From: Candidatus Levybacteria bacterium CG2_30_37_29
Lineage (GTDB): Bacteria > Patescibacteriota > Microgenomatia > Levybacterales > GWA1-39-11
Assembly (NCBI GenBank): GCA_001873215.1
Contig: MNYS01000003.1
Location: 49,455-113,454 of the forward strand
Reading direction: 5' to 3'
Length of the DNA stretch: 64,000 bases
The notes below the pieces were generated by a model that saw only the letters and a program-made list of their open reading frames with translations, searched no databases and was not told the origin of the DNA. The number at the start of each line of letters is the position of its first letter. The stretch's first letter is position 1. Shown here one piece after another: positions 19,307 through 28,719 of this stretch. Both the position numbers and the translations under genes were made by a program.

Positions 19307-20551
19307 ATGGATGATTCTGCCCGGAATGATAGTCCGGCTATCAACAATCAACAAACAACAGGTAACACGGATTCGATTTCTTCGGAAGAGCAAAAGACTC
19401 AAGACAATACGTTTGCCGCTCTAAAAACAAGCAATGCATACAATGAGAGCCAAAAAACTTCAAGTTTTGCAGATGACTCAGGTAATTTAAAACCCACTAC
19501 TTCCCAAATTCAAAAACTTGACGAGAAAATAAAAGCGTCAACTCTGCCCAAAGAATTGCAAGATAAAGTTGTTGCAATGGTTGATAGACTACGTTTGATA
19601 GGAAATGATTCCTCATTTTTTATCGAGCTTGATTCCACGTCCCGATATATAGATTGGGTAACTTCCCTTCCGTGGAACAATTCCTCAAAAGATATTTTGG
19701 ATTTGGCTCACGCACAGCAAGTTTTGGATAAAAACCATTACGGACTCACAGATGTAAAAGAAAAAATTTTGGAATATTTATCAATTATGCTATTAAAACA
19801 AACCAGAGGTCAGACTGGCGCGGATAGTTTTGCCCGGGCGCCGATTATTTCACTTGTCGGACTTGCAGGAGTCGGTAAAACAACGGTCGCTTTTTCAATT
19901 GCAGAAAGCTTGGGGCGCAAAATTGAGAGAATTCCTTTTGGAGGAATGGGTTCTGCAAGTCAACTTCGTGGTAAGACACGACTTTTTCCTGATGCAGAAC
20001 CCGGCCTTGTTATAAAAGCCCTCAAGAGAGCGGGTACAAATAATCCTGTTATTTTGCTTGATGAGATTGACCGCGTATCAGAGGAAGCAAGAAGTGATAT
20101 AATGGGTGTACTTGTAGAATTATTGGATCCTACACAAAACAAGGCTTTTACCGACCACTTTATTGATTTTCCGGTTGACCTTTCAAATGTGCTTTTTATC
20201 GCAACTTCAAACAATACAAAAGATATTTCAACAGCCGTAATTGACAGGCTTGAAGTTATCCAAATGCCGTCATATACGGATGAAGAAAAAACAGTAATCG
20301 GGAAAAGTTTTGTATTATCCGAAGTTTTGAAAGAAAGCGGAATGACACCTGAGGATTTGGTTATAAACGATGATGTTTGGGAAGAAAGCTTGATCCGTCC
20401 GCTTGGATACGATCCGGGAATCAGATCTTTGCAGCGGATAATTCAAGGAATTATCAGAAAAGTTGCGTATTTGCAGCTTTTAGGAAAATTACCGAAAGGA
20501 AAATTTGTTGTGACAAGGGACAACGTAAAACAATTTGTGTCACAATGGTAA
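19307..20551 (+). CDS. Lon-like AAA+ ATPase lacking the protease domain
   Basis: YIDWVTSLPW, LDKNHYGL..VKEKILEYL, GLAGVGKT, LLDEID, LLDPTQN..F.DH; ends before the Ser-Lys domain. Confidence 0.85.
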   Translation: MDDSARNDSPAINNQQTTGNTDSISSEEQKTQDNTFAALKTSNAYNESQKTSSFADDSGNLKPTTSQIQKLDEKIKASTLPKELQDKVVAMVDRLRLIGNDSSFFIELDSTSRYIDWVTSLPWNNSSKDILDLAHAQQVLDKNHYGLTDVKEKILEYLSIMLLKQTRGQTGADSFARAPIISLVGLAGVGKTTVAFSIAESLGRKIERIPFGGMGSASQLRGKTRLFPDAEPGLVIKALKRAGTNNPVILLDEIDRVSEEARSDIMGVLVELLDPTQNKAFTDHFIDFPVDLSNVLFIATSNNTKDISTAVIDRLEVIQMPSYTDEEKTVIGKSFVLSEVLKESGMTPEDLVINDDVWEESLIRPLGYDPGIRSLQRIIQGIIRKVAYLQLLGKLPKGKFVVTRDNVKQFVSQW

Positions 20552-20596
20552 GACAGTGATTAGAGATTAGTGAATAGGGAATAGTTAATAAATATT

Positions 20597-22282
20597 ATGG
20601 AAAATAGTTTGTCTTTTATTTCGCTTGGCGGTGTCGGGGATGTAACAAAAAATTTATATCTCTATGAAATCGGTGGAGAAATTCTTGTTGTGGATTGCGG
20701 AATAGGGTTTGCCGAGGAAACAATGCCGGGAGTGGATCTTATGATTCCGGACATTTCGTATTTGAAAAATATACTCCGTCTGGGTCCACAAAATTCACAA
20801 CAGACCGGAAAAGCAAAAAAAATTGTCGGTATGTTTTTGACGCATGGACACGAAGATCACATTGGCGCTCTCCCTTTTATTTTACCCAATCTTCCAAATT
20901 TTCCAATATATGCTTCAAATCTAACTGCAGCCTTGGCAAACGAAAAATTAAAAGACTTCGGTCTTCCCCATAGAGTTACAACCGCGTCATTTGACCAGAC
21001 TATAACACTTGGCGCATTCCGCGTTTCGCTTGCGCGCGTGACGCATTCTATTATTGATGCGGCAAATTTATTTATACGTACACCAGTTGGAAATTTTTAC
21101 CATGCAAGCGATTTTAAATTTGATTTTACGCCGGTTGACGGTAAGCCTTCAGAAATTCGAAAAATTGCAAAATTTGGAGAAGAAGGTGTTTTGTGTCTTA
21201 TGTCTGACTCTCTGGGCGCTGAAAGACCAGGGCATTCCAAATCAGAGCTTTCAATAACAGAAAGTTTTGATGATGAATTTCGGAAAGCAAAAGGAAAAGT
21301 ATTCGTTTCTACATACTCGTCAAATATTTCCAGAATGAATCAGGCAATAGAAGTTGCCCTCAAATATAATCGTAAAGTTTGTTTTATCGGTAGGTCATTT
21401 TTGAAGGCGAGGGATGTTGGAAAACAATTAGGGTACATGAGTCTTCCGACAAAAATGGATATAAAACCTCAAGACGCAAAACGTCTTCCGCCAAACCAAG
21501 TTATGATTCTTGTTGCGGGGAGTCAAGCCCAGGTAGAATCGGCGTTGGTACGAATCGCAAGCGACAACGACAAAGATTTGCGTATAACACGCGGAGATAC
21601 GATTATTTTTTCAGCAGACCCAATTCCGGGCAATGAAGTCAATATTAATTCACTTATTGATACTCTTTCAAAAAAAGAGGCAAGAGTTGTGTATTCGGAT
21701 ATTTCTGATCACTTTCATGTTTCAGGACACGGTTCTCAAAACGATTTAAAGCTTATGATTTCCCTGACAAATCCCAAATTTGTTTTGCCGATTGGCGGAA
21801 CATACAGGCAAATGGTTGCGTACAGGGAGATTGCCCGCGACATGGGATATAGAGACGATAAAATTATTCTTTTGGACCAGAAAAAAGAAATTATTTTTTC
21901 AGAAGGAGGATTTCGCTTTGGAAAAATTATAGATGCATCAAAAATATACGTTGATCAGATAACGGGTGAGAAAATTGAAAGTTTTGTGGTTATGGACCGC
22001 AAAAAAATTGCCGAAGAAGGGATTGTTGTTGTAATTGTTGAGGTGAATTCTCAAGGGCAGCTTGTAAGCCGACCGGATATTATTACAAAAGGAATTATTT
22101 ACCAGAAAAAAGAGCAGTTAGCAGTATCAATTGAGCAGGAACTTAAGAAAATGTTTGGAAGAAGCACTGATAATAATGTAAATCTTGCATATGTAAGAAA
22201 AACAATACAGCAGACAACGGAGGGAATTTTTTACCGGGAAAAACGCGAACCCCTCGTCATCCCCGTAGTTTTGGAAATCTAA
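20597..22282 (+). CDS. rnj: Ribonuclease J
   Basis: THGHEDHIG, THSI, DFKFD, HVSGH. Confidence 0.95.
   Translation: MENSLSFISLGGVGDVTKNLYLYEIGGEILVVDCGIGFAEETMPGVDLMIPDISYLKNILRLGPQNSQQTGKAKKIVGMFLTHGHEDHIGALPFILPNLPNFPIYASNLTAALANEKLKDFGLPHRVTTASFDQTITLGAFRVSLARVTHSIIDAANLFIRTPVGNFYHASDFKFDFTPVDGKPSEIRKIAKFGEEGVLCLMSDSLGAERPGHSKSELSITESFDDEFRKAKGKVFVSTYSSNISRMNQAIEVALKYNRKVCFIGRSFLKARDVGKQLGYMSLPTKMDIKPQDAKRLPPNQVMILVAGSQAQVESALVRIASDNDKDLRITRGDTIIFSADPIPGNEVNINSLIDTLSKKEARVVYSDISDHFHVSGHGSQNDLKLMISLTNPKFVLPIGGTYRQMVAYREIARDMGYRDDKIILLDQKKEIIFSEGGFRFGKIIDASKIYVDQITGEKIESFVVMDRKKIAEEGIVVVIVEVNSQGQLVSRPDIITKGIIYQKKEQLAVSIEQELKKMFGRSTDNNVNLAYVRKTIQQTTEGIFYREKREPLVIPVVLEI
22221..22282 (+). repeat. 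62-bp direct repeat, copy 1 (3' end of rnj)
   Basis: First 49 bp identical to 23133-23181; 58/62 overall. Confidence 0.95.
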
Positions 22283-22299
22283 CTATAGTGTTCCACTTA

Positions 22300-22333
22300 T
22301 CCTCTTGACAAGAGGAGTCAGAAAGTTTATAAT
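22300..22333 (+). promoter_or_regulatory. TA operon promoter with palindrome over the -35
   Basis: TTGACA-17-TATAAT; tcctcttg-a-caagagga. Confidence 0.85.
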
Positions 22334-22401
22334 TCAATAAGTTAGAAATATAACATTTTCCCTAAGTAAAATGTTTTCTGAACGAATAAACTATTAAACT
22401 T

Positions 22402-22677
22402 ATGAGTCAAAATACTACACCTATCAATCAGGAAGAATGGTTAAAAATCCTCGGGAAGGGTATGGTTACGCTTCCTAAAAAATGGAGAGATGAGTTAGGA
22501 ATTGCGAATGGAGATATTGTTAAGGCAAAAAAAGAAGGAAATAAAGTAGTTATTGAAGCACAAAGAAATAGAGAAGTGCCTTATAGAATTTATACTGATG
22601 CTGAAATCAAAGTGTTTCTTGCAGAAGATAAGATACCAAAAAGTCTCGTCAAAAAACTAAGAAAGAAATTTTCTTAA
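22402..22677 (+). CDS. AbrB/MazE-family antitoxin
   Basis: KGMVTLPKKWRDELGIANGD. Confidence 0.88.
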   Translation: MSQNTTPINQEEWLKILGKGMVTLPKKWRDELGIANGDIVKAKKEGNKVVIEAQRNREVPYRIYTDAEIKVFLAEDKIPKSLVKKLRKKFS

Positions 22678-22684
22678 AATCCCC

Positions 22685-23113
22685 ATGAGAGTTTATTTTG
22701 ATGCTTCGGTTATCATTGCAGGATTTTTATCATCCATTGGTGGATCTGCTCAGTTGTTTTGGTTACTACAGAAAAAAGTGCTAAAAGGTATCACGTCTCA
22801 AACGGTAATTGATGAGGTTTTAGAAGAAGATAAGCCAACCAAACTAAAAAGAACTAAAGAAGAGATAGAAAACTTTATAGTACGAAGCGAGATACTCGTA
22901 AGAGAGGCTATTCCCTTAGAAGAGATTAGAAAGTATGAAGAATTAGTTGATCCAGAAGACTCTCATCTTATTGCAGGAGCAAATCTTACTCATTGTGAAT
23001 ATTTAGTAACGCTAGACAAAAAGCATCTTCTTAGAGATGATATACAAAAGAAATTTTTACCACTCAAAATAGTCTCTCCAAAAGAATTACTTTCGAAAAT
23101 CGTGCGTAATTAA
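22685..23113 (+). CDS. PIN-domain (VapC-like) toxin
   Basis: VYFDASVIIA, IDEV, DPEDSHL, LVTLDKKHL. Confidence 0.88.
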   Translation: MRVYFDASVIIAGFLSSIGGSAQLFWLLQKKVLKGITSQTVIDEVLEEDKPTKLKRTKEEIENFIVRSEILVREAIPLEEIRKYEELVDPEDSHLIAGANLTHCEYLVTLDKKHLLRDDIQKKFLPLKIVSPKELLSKIVRN

Positions 23114-23132
23114 GGTGGCACCTCAATTAGTC

Positions 23133-23194
23133 AGGGAATTTTTTACCGGGAAAAACGCGAACCCCTCGTCATCCCCGTAGTCCTAGGAATCTAA
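23133..23194 (+). repeat. 62-bp direct repeat, copy 2 (duplicate rnj tail)
   Basis: agggaattttttaccgggaaaaacgcgaacccctcgtcatccccgtagt + cctaggaatctaa. Confidence 0.95.
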
Positions 23195-23376
23195 ACCCTT
23201 TCACTGGTAAAAAGGGGAGCGTTAATCCTTTTAAAATAAGCCCCAAAAGGTATAGGTAATAAATTTAAGTTCAATCCTTCGCTTTAAAGATATATCTAAA
23301 CTTTAAGAATTAATGTTTGATTTTGGATTGCTTCTTTTGGCGGAAGAGCCTCGAGGCTATATGTTATAATATATCT

Positions 23377-23559
23377 ATGACTATAAATAAAGCATTTAAG
23401 CAACATGAAAATGAATGGGTCTTGACAGACAGAAAATATTCAAAAGTAATTCTCTCAAATAAAGACCTTGGAAAACTTCAGAAAGAGGTTAAGAAAAAGA
23501 AAGTTAAAGATGCAGTCGTTATGTTTATTCCTCCTTTTGACGCATTTATTACCTCTTAG
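23377..23559 (+). CDS. Small DUF5678-like protein
   Basis: KQHENEWV..VILSNKDL; homologous layout to 45418..45612; precedes a retropepsin. Confidence 0.65.
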   Translation: MTINKAFKQHENEWVLTDRKYSKVILSNKDLGKLQKEVKKKKVKDAVVMFIPPFDAFITS

Positions 23560-23564
23560 TTTTT

Positions 23565-23984
23565 ATGGCGAAATTTGACTTCGAACCAGACTTGCATTTA
23601 AATCCTGAAACAAATAACTGGGAATATGCTTATCGTCCTTACTTATTCGTAAAGCTTGGATACAGACACCGTCTTAGTGAGAATTCGATAAGAGCACTTA
23701 TAGATTCCGGTTCTGATCATAATATTTTTCCTGCAGAACTTGCTTCTGAAATTGGCCTTGATTATAAAAAAGGGGTTAAACGCAAAACGACTGCAGTAAA
23801 TGAATACGCATTTATTGTATATGGGAACAGGGTAAAAATGGAGTATGAGGGGAAAGTTGTCGAAACGGTTATTTACTTTGGAGAAAATGTCAAAATTCCT
23901 GTTCTTGGAAGAAATGGATTTTTTAATTACTTTAAAAAGGTTAATTTTGACGTAAAAAATAAGAACTTCGAATTGATAGAATAA
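23565..23984 (+). CDS. Retropepsin-like aspartyl protease
   Basis: ALIDSGSD and VLGRNGFF motifs. Confidence 0.85.
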   Translation: MAKFDFEPDLHLNPETNNWEYAYRPYLFVKLGYRHRLSENSIRALIDSGSDHNIFPAELASEIGLDYKKGVKRKTTAVNEYAFIVYGNRVKMEYEGKVVETVIYFGENVKIPVLGRNGFFNYFKKVNFDVKNKNFELIE

Positions 23985-24112
23985 TTTTCTTGTCTCTTTA
24001 TAAGAATTCACTTACCTAGATAATATCCTATAATATTTGACACGGTGGGGATTTTGTGGTACATTTATTATGTTTGATATTAATAGGCCAAACTTAGTAT
24101 ACTGTTTAATAT

Positions 24113-26221
24113 ATGGCAAGAAAGAGACGATATCACAAAAGACGCGGTTTTAAACTCAAGTTAAAAAACGATACGATTTATACGATTTTTGCGATAGGTC
24201 TTATTGTTGGCGGAATTGCTCTTCTTGCCTCCTACACTCAAAGCGGGCCCCTTTTAACGCGCGCTAATACTTATCTGACAGGATATTTTGGTCCTGTTGC
24301 ATTTGTTGTGCCGGTAAATTTAATTCTTCTAGGCCTTCTTCTTACAAGACTTAGACTTGCTATAACCAAAATGAATGTTGTTATGGGATTTTTGGTTTTT
24401 AGCGTTTCACTTTTGGGTGCTTTAAGAAGCGGCGTTATCGGAGCAAAACTTTTTTCATCAGCAGATGGTCTTATGGGTACAGTGGTCTCGTTAATAATGT
24501 ATATTGCCGGAGTATTGGTAGGTATTATTGTACTTATGAATATTTCGGTTGGAACACTTTTTAAAAGCAGTAAGACTGTGACAAAAGGAATAGGAGTATT
24601 TTTCAAAAAAATAATTGTGCCTCTTTTTAAAACAAAGAAAAAATTTGCCGTATCTGAGATGAAGCAAATTACAATAAAAGGATTTGATGATAAATCAAAA
24701 GAGCAGGTTGTCCCACAAAAGCCGGTTGAGAAAAAAGACGGCATGCCGGATAAAATCGTTTTGAATAAACCGCTTGAGATAGGTGTTTGGGAATATCCTC
24801 CTCTTTCGCTTCTTTCGCTTCATGCGCAAAAAAGTGATAATAAGGGGGATGTAAAAAAAACTGCGGACTTAATTGAGAAAACTTTGCAAAGTTTTGGAAT
24901 TCAAGCCAGAGTTTCTGAAATTAATGTCGGCCCGTCAGTTACGCAATATGCAATTGAAATTGCACGCGGAACAAAGCTTTCAAAAATAACAGGTCTTTCA
25001 AACGATTTGGCTCTTGCAACAGAAGCGCCAACCGGCCAAATACGTATAGAAGCGCCAATTCCGGGAAGAAATTTAGTAGGTATAGAAATCCCCAACCGTT
25101 CACTCGATATTGTTTCTATGAAAACAATGCTTGAGTCCCCTCAAATGCAAAAAGCAAAATCAAAGCTTGTTGTTCCTCTGGGACTTGATGTTTCGGGAAA
25201 TGCAATAATAACGGATATTACAAAAATGCCCCATGTATTAATTGCCGGAACCACAGGGTCCGGAAAATCAGTTATAATAAATTCTTTCATCTCCTCAATT
25301 TTGTTCCGCGCGTCCCCAAGCGAGGTAAAAATGATTTTGATTGATCCAAAAAGGGTTGAATTAACAGGATATGCTGATATTCCTCATCTTATGACTCCTG
25401 TTGTTACAGAAACAGCACAAGCTGTTTCGGCGCTAAAATGGGCGATGAAAGAAATGGATAGAAGATATGTGAAATTTGCTGACAGCGGGGTTAGGAATAT
25501 CGACGCATTCAATGAGCTTTCAGGATTTCAAGCGCTTCCATACATAGTAATATTTATAGATGAGCTTGCAGATCTTATGTCTCTTGCTTCAGTTGAGGTA
25601 GAAGACTCGATTACAAGACTTGCGCAAATGGCCCGCGCTACAGGAATTCATCTTGTTCTTGCAACGCAACGTCCGTCTGTTGATGTTTTGACAGGGCTTA
25701 TAAAAGCAAATATTCCGGCCCGTATTTCATTTAACGTTTCATCAATGATTGACTCAAAAGTTATTATTGATATGCCTGGAGCAGAAAAGCTTTTAGGACG
25801 CGGAGATATGCTGTATATTCCGCCGGAGCAAGCAAAGCCTACTAGAATACAAGGTACATTTATTTCAGATCAGGATGTAAAAAGGCTTGTAAATTTCATA
25901 AAGTCCCGTGGAATTCCTGTGAATTATACAACTGAAGTTTTAGAGCAAAAAGTCAACATTAAGCGGGGCGGTGGTATTTCATCTGATGAAGGAGACGGCG
26001 GCCGTGACGAGTTATTTGATGAAGCGATTAGGCTTGTCTGTCAGTATGATAGAGCCTCCTCGTCTTTTTTACAAAGAAGATTTAAAGTTGGATTTAATAG
26101 GGCGGCACGGATTTTGGAACAACTGGAAGATGCGGGAGTTGTTGGGCCCGGAGACGGATCCAAACCTCGCGAAGTACTCATAAAATCTCCAGAGAGTATA
26201 TTGGGCAATGATAATTCATAG
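24113..26221 (+). CDS. ftsK: DNA translocase FtsK/SpoIIIE
   Basis: 4 TM, PHVLIAGTTGSGKS, IDELADLM, ATQRPSVDV, gamma domain. Confidence 0.97.
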   Translation: MARKRRYHKRRGFKLKLKNDTIYTIFAIGLIVGGIALLASYTQSGPLLTRANTYLTGYFGPVAFVVPVNLILLGLLLTRLRLAITKMNVVMGFLVFSVSLLGALRSGVIGAKLFSSADGLMGTVVSLIMYIAGVLVGIIVLMNISVGTLFKSSKTVTKGIGVFFKKIIVPLFKTKKKFAVSEMKQITIKGFDDKSKEQVVPQKPVEKKDGMPDKIVLNKPLEIGVWEYPPLSLLSLHAQKSDNKGDVKKTADLIEKTLQSFGIQARVSEINVGPSVTQYAIEIARGTKLSKITGLSNDLALATEAPTGQIRIEAPIPGRNLVGIEIPNRSLDIVSMKTMLESPQMQKAKSKLVVPLGLDVSGNAIITDITKMPHVLIAGTTGSGKSVIINSFISSILFRASPSEVKMILIDPKRVELTGYADIPHLMTPVVTETAQAVSALKWAMKEMDRRYVKFADSGVRNIDAFNELSGFQALPYIVIFIDELADLMSLASVEVEDSITRLAQMARATGIHLVLATQRPSVDVLTGLIKANIPARISFNVSSMIDSKVIIDMPGAEKLLGRGDMLYIPPEQAKPTRIQGTFISDQDVKRLVNFIKSRGIPVNYTTEVLEQKVNIKRGGGISSDEGDGGRDELFDEAIRLVCQYDRASSSFLQRRFKVGFNRAARILEQLEDAGVVGPGDGSKPREVLIKSPESILGNDNS

Positions 26222-26232
26222 CCGCGATTTCT

Positions 26233-26862
26233 ATGAAAAAAGTCAGTGATTTATTGCGTGAGAAGCGTTTGGAATTGGGATTTACACTTGAAGATGTTGA
26301 AAGAGCAACAAAAATAAAAATAGAGTTTTTGAAAGCTTTAGAGGAAGGGCATTTTCATATTCTTCCTTCAGAAAGTTACGCGCTTGGATTTGTTAAAAAT
26401 TACGCGAAATTTCTAGATCTTTCTCTTCACCGTGTGACAGCCCTTTTTAAAAGGGAATACAAAACTGAAAAAGTGCAAATAGTTCCTGAATTTAGGAAAA
26501 CCCAGCAAAAATTTAACAAACGTTTTTTTTCTTCACCAAAAACAATTTTGATAATTCTTACGTTCCTTGTTATTGGAACATATCTTGCGTTTCAATACGG
26601 GTCGTTTTTCTTTGGTCCAAAACTTGAAGTGATCTCACCTGTAGAAGGCTCAGTCGTTTCTGAAAACGTTATAAGAATATCAGGTAAAACAGATCCTTAT
26701 GCCAACCTTTTTGTTAATAATGATGAGGTGTCTCTCTCTATTTCAGGTGAATTTAAAAAGTCTTTGTATCTATTTTCAGGAGAGCAAAAAATAACTATTG
26801 TTGCAAAAAACAGATTCGGGAAAGAAACAAAAGTTGTTAGGACGGTTACTGTAAAAAATTAG
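26233..26862 (+). CDS. RodZ-like HTH membrane protein
   Basis: N-terminal HTH (TKIKIEFLKALEEG..GFVKNYA), TM, Ig-like C-terminus; follows ftsK. Confidence 0.8.
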   Translation: MKKVSDLLREKRLELGFTLEDVERATKIKIEFLKALEEGHFHILPSESYALGFVKNYAKFLDLSLHRVTALFKREYKTEKVQIVPEFRKTQQKFNKRFFSSPKTILIILTFLVIGTYLAFQYGSFFFGPKLEVISPVEGSVVSENVIRISGKTDPYANLFVNNDEVSLSISGEFKKSLYLFSGEQKITIVAKNRFGKETKVVRTVTVKN

Positions 26863-26904
26863 CCTGTTTGATTGTTTTTGTTCTATTGATTTTAAAATTT
26901 TCAC

Positions 26905-27180
26905 ATGCTAATCTTAGATACCATGATTGATACTGTCCAAGTGGTACTGCTTTTTGTAATAGTTATACTTACCGCACTTCTTGTCGCAGTAGGAATACAA
27001 GTTTTTTTTGTCCTAAAAGATCTCCGTACAACTATCGGTCGCGCAAACAAAATTTTAGATAATGCGGAATCTATAACAGAAAGTGTTTCAGAGCCCATGT
27101 CTTTTATTTCAGGGCTTATTTTAAGCACAAAATCTTTAAATGTTCTCTCAAAACTTTTTCATGGAAAGAAGAGAGGATAG
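26905..27180 (+). CDS. Small membrane protein (DUF948/YoxC-like)
   Basis: TM + coiled coil; adjacent to YtxH-like gene. Confidence 0.6.
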   Translation: MLILDTMIDTVQVVLLFVIVILTALLVAVGIQVFFVLKDLRTTIGRANKILDNAESITESVSEPMSFISGLILSTKSLNVLSKLFHGKKRG

Positions 27181-27198
27181 ACATTTTTTAGACGGTCT

Positions 27199-27504
27199 AT
27201 GGATACCAATCACGGACGACATAATTCTAACGGATTTTTATTAGGGCTTTTACTTGGAGCCGGAATAGCACTTCTTATATCGACAAAAAAAGGAAGAAAT
27301 ATTATCAAAGAAATAACAGAAAACGGGATTGATGCTTTGGAGGATGTGGTTGCGCCGGGAGAGTTGAAAGATTTATTAAATGAAGATTTGGAAGAAGAAA
27401 TTTCCCCTATTGAAAACGATATGCCGGACGTAGCACAAGTAAAGTCTACGCATGCTCCCACAAGATCGCGCCGTTTCTTCAGCGGAATAAAAAAGAAAAA
27501 CTAA
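27199..27504 (+). CDS. YtxH-like protein
   Basis: FLLGLLLGAGIALL..KKGR. Confidence 0.65.
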   Translation: MDTNHGRHNSNGFLLGLLLGAGIALLISTKKGRNIIKEITENGIDALEDVVAPGELKDLLNEDLEEEISPIENDMPDVAQVKSTHAPTRSRRFFSGIKKKN

Positions 27505-27527
27505 AACCTTCTATAATAAAGGAGTTT

Positions 27528-28175
27528 ATGGATAGCAAACAAAAGACGAAGAAAATTATTTCCGAATTAAAAAAATTATTTCCAAATCCCGTAACGCCCC
27601 TTAACCATTCAAACCCGTGGGAATTGTATGTCGCGGTGGCGCTTTCTGCCCAGCAAACAGATGTTGGGGTAAATAAAGTAACGGATATTCTATTTAAAAA
27701 ATACAAAAGTTTAAACGATTATCAAAAAGTTAGTTTGGATGAATTCGAACAGGATATCCGTTCGATCAATTTCTACAAAGGAAAAGCAAAAGCAATTAAA
27801 AAAGCCGCGGATATAGTTTCGGTCGAACATAACGGCAAGATGCCTGAAACTATGGACGAATTGATAAAGCTTCCTTTTGTTGGAAGAAAAACAGCTAATG
27901 TGATTTTACAAGAAGCATTCGGAAAGAGTGAGGGAATTGTAGTTGATACTCATGTAAAACGGTTTTCCAACTTGTTCGGTCTTACAAAAAATCAAGACCC
28001 CGTAAAAATAGAAAAAGACTTAATGGAAATAGTAGATAAAAAAGACTGGCGCGAATTCGGTTTAGGACTTATTTATTACGGTCGAACATATTGCAAGGCA
28101 AGTTGCAAGCATACTGATTGTCCACTGAAAGAATTTGTATCAAATCAGTTTTTAGACCTGAAAAAGAGTATCTAA
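27528..28175 (+). CDS. nth: Endonuclease III
   Basis: LSAQQTD, HhH LPFVGRKTANV, VDTHV. Confidence 0.93.
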   Translation: MDSKQKTKKIISELKKLFPNPVTPLNHSNPWELYVAVALSAQQTDVGVNKVTDILFKKYKSLNDYQKVSLDEFEQDIRSINFYKGKAKAIKKAADIVSVEHNGKMPETMDELIKLPFVGRKTANVILQEAFGKSEGIVVDTHVKRFSNLFGLTKNQDPVKIEKDLMEIVDKKDWREFGLGLIYYGRTYCKASCKHTDCPLKEFVSNQFLDLKKSI

Positions 28176-28189
28176 GTATAAATATGCAT

Positions 28190-28229
28190 CCGTCAACTAG
28201 TTGACGGTCAAGTGGATATTTGGTAAGCT
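28190..28229 (+). promoter_or_regulatory. Perfect 18-bp palindrome overlapping the -35 of TrpR-like paralog 2
   Basis: ccgtcaactagttgacgg (28190-28207); TTGACG-17-TAAGCT. Confidence 0.8.
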
Positions 28230-28250
28230 TTAAGTATCTGTATTATATGT

Positions 28251-28667
28251 ATGGCGAATAATAGGTATAAATTTTTGACGGAAAAAGATGAATATGAGAT
28301 TTTCAATCTTGTAAGAAATGCTTTTTTGTCAGCACATAACGGTCGTGATGTTGAAAAAATTATTAACGCTCTCCTCACAACTGATGAAAGAATAAAAATA
28401 GGAAGACGTATTAAGATTGCAGAAATGATGATTTCAGGAACGACAGGTGAAGATATAATGGGTACGTTACATGTAGGAAGAAACTCAGTGACTCTTGTTA
28501 GTAAACATCTCGATAGATATCAAGAAGGTTTTGAATTGATCCTGAAACGGCAGAAAAAAGTGGAAAAGGCGTATAAAGAAAAAGCGCATAGATTAAGTGG
28601 CGGATCAAGATTGATTTTAAAGAAAAAACGATATACGGGTTTCAAACGTAAAGACGTGAAGATGTAA
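28251..28667 (+). CDS. TrpR-like (YerC/YecD) HTH protein, paralog 2
   Basis: LLTTDERIKIGRRIKIAEM..LHVGRNSV; shares RYKFL and YTGFKRK with paralog 1. Confidence 0.8.
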   Translation: MANNRYKFLTEKDEYEIFNLVRNAFLSAHNGRDVEKIINALLTTDERIKIGRRIKIAEMMISGTTGEDIMGTLHVGRNSVTLVSKHLDRYQEGFELILKRQKKVEKAYKEKAHRLSGGSRLILKKKRYTGFKRKDVKM

Positions 28668-28719
28668 TTTTTAGTTTAAAACTTTGTTCAGCTTCGTAAA
28701 TACTGCTATAATAGACGAA

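Noticed and set aside
23328-23344. 17-bp match (ttgcttcttttggcgga) to the reverse complement of element A 47088-47104
   Set aside because: Flanks do not align, and one 17-mer match can arise by chance in 64 kb; at most a remnant.
28080-28130. Shortened Fe-S motif in Nth (CKASCKHTDCP)
   Set aside because: A minor variant that cannot be judged without an alignment.
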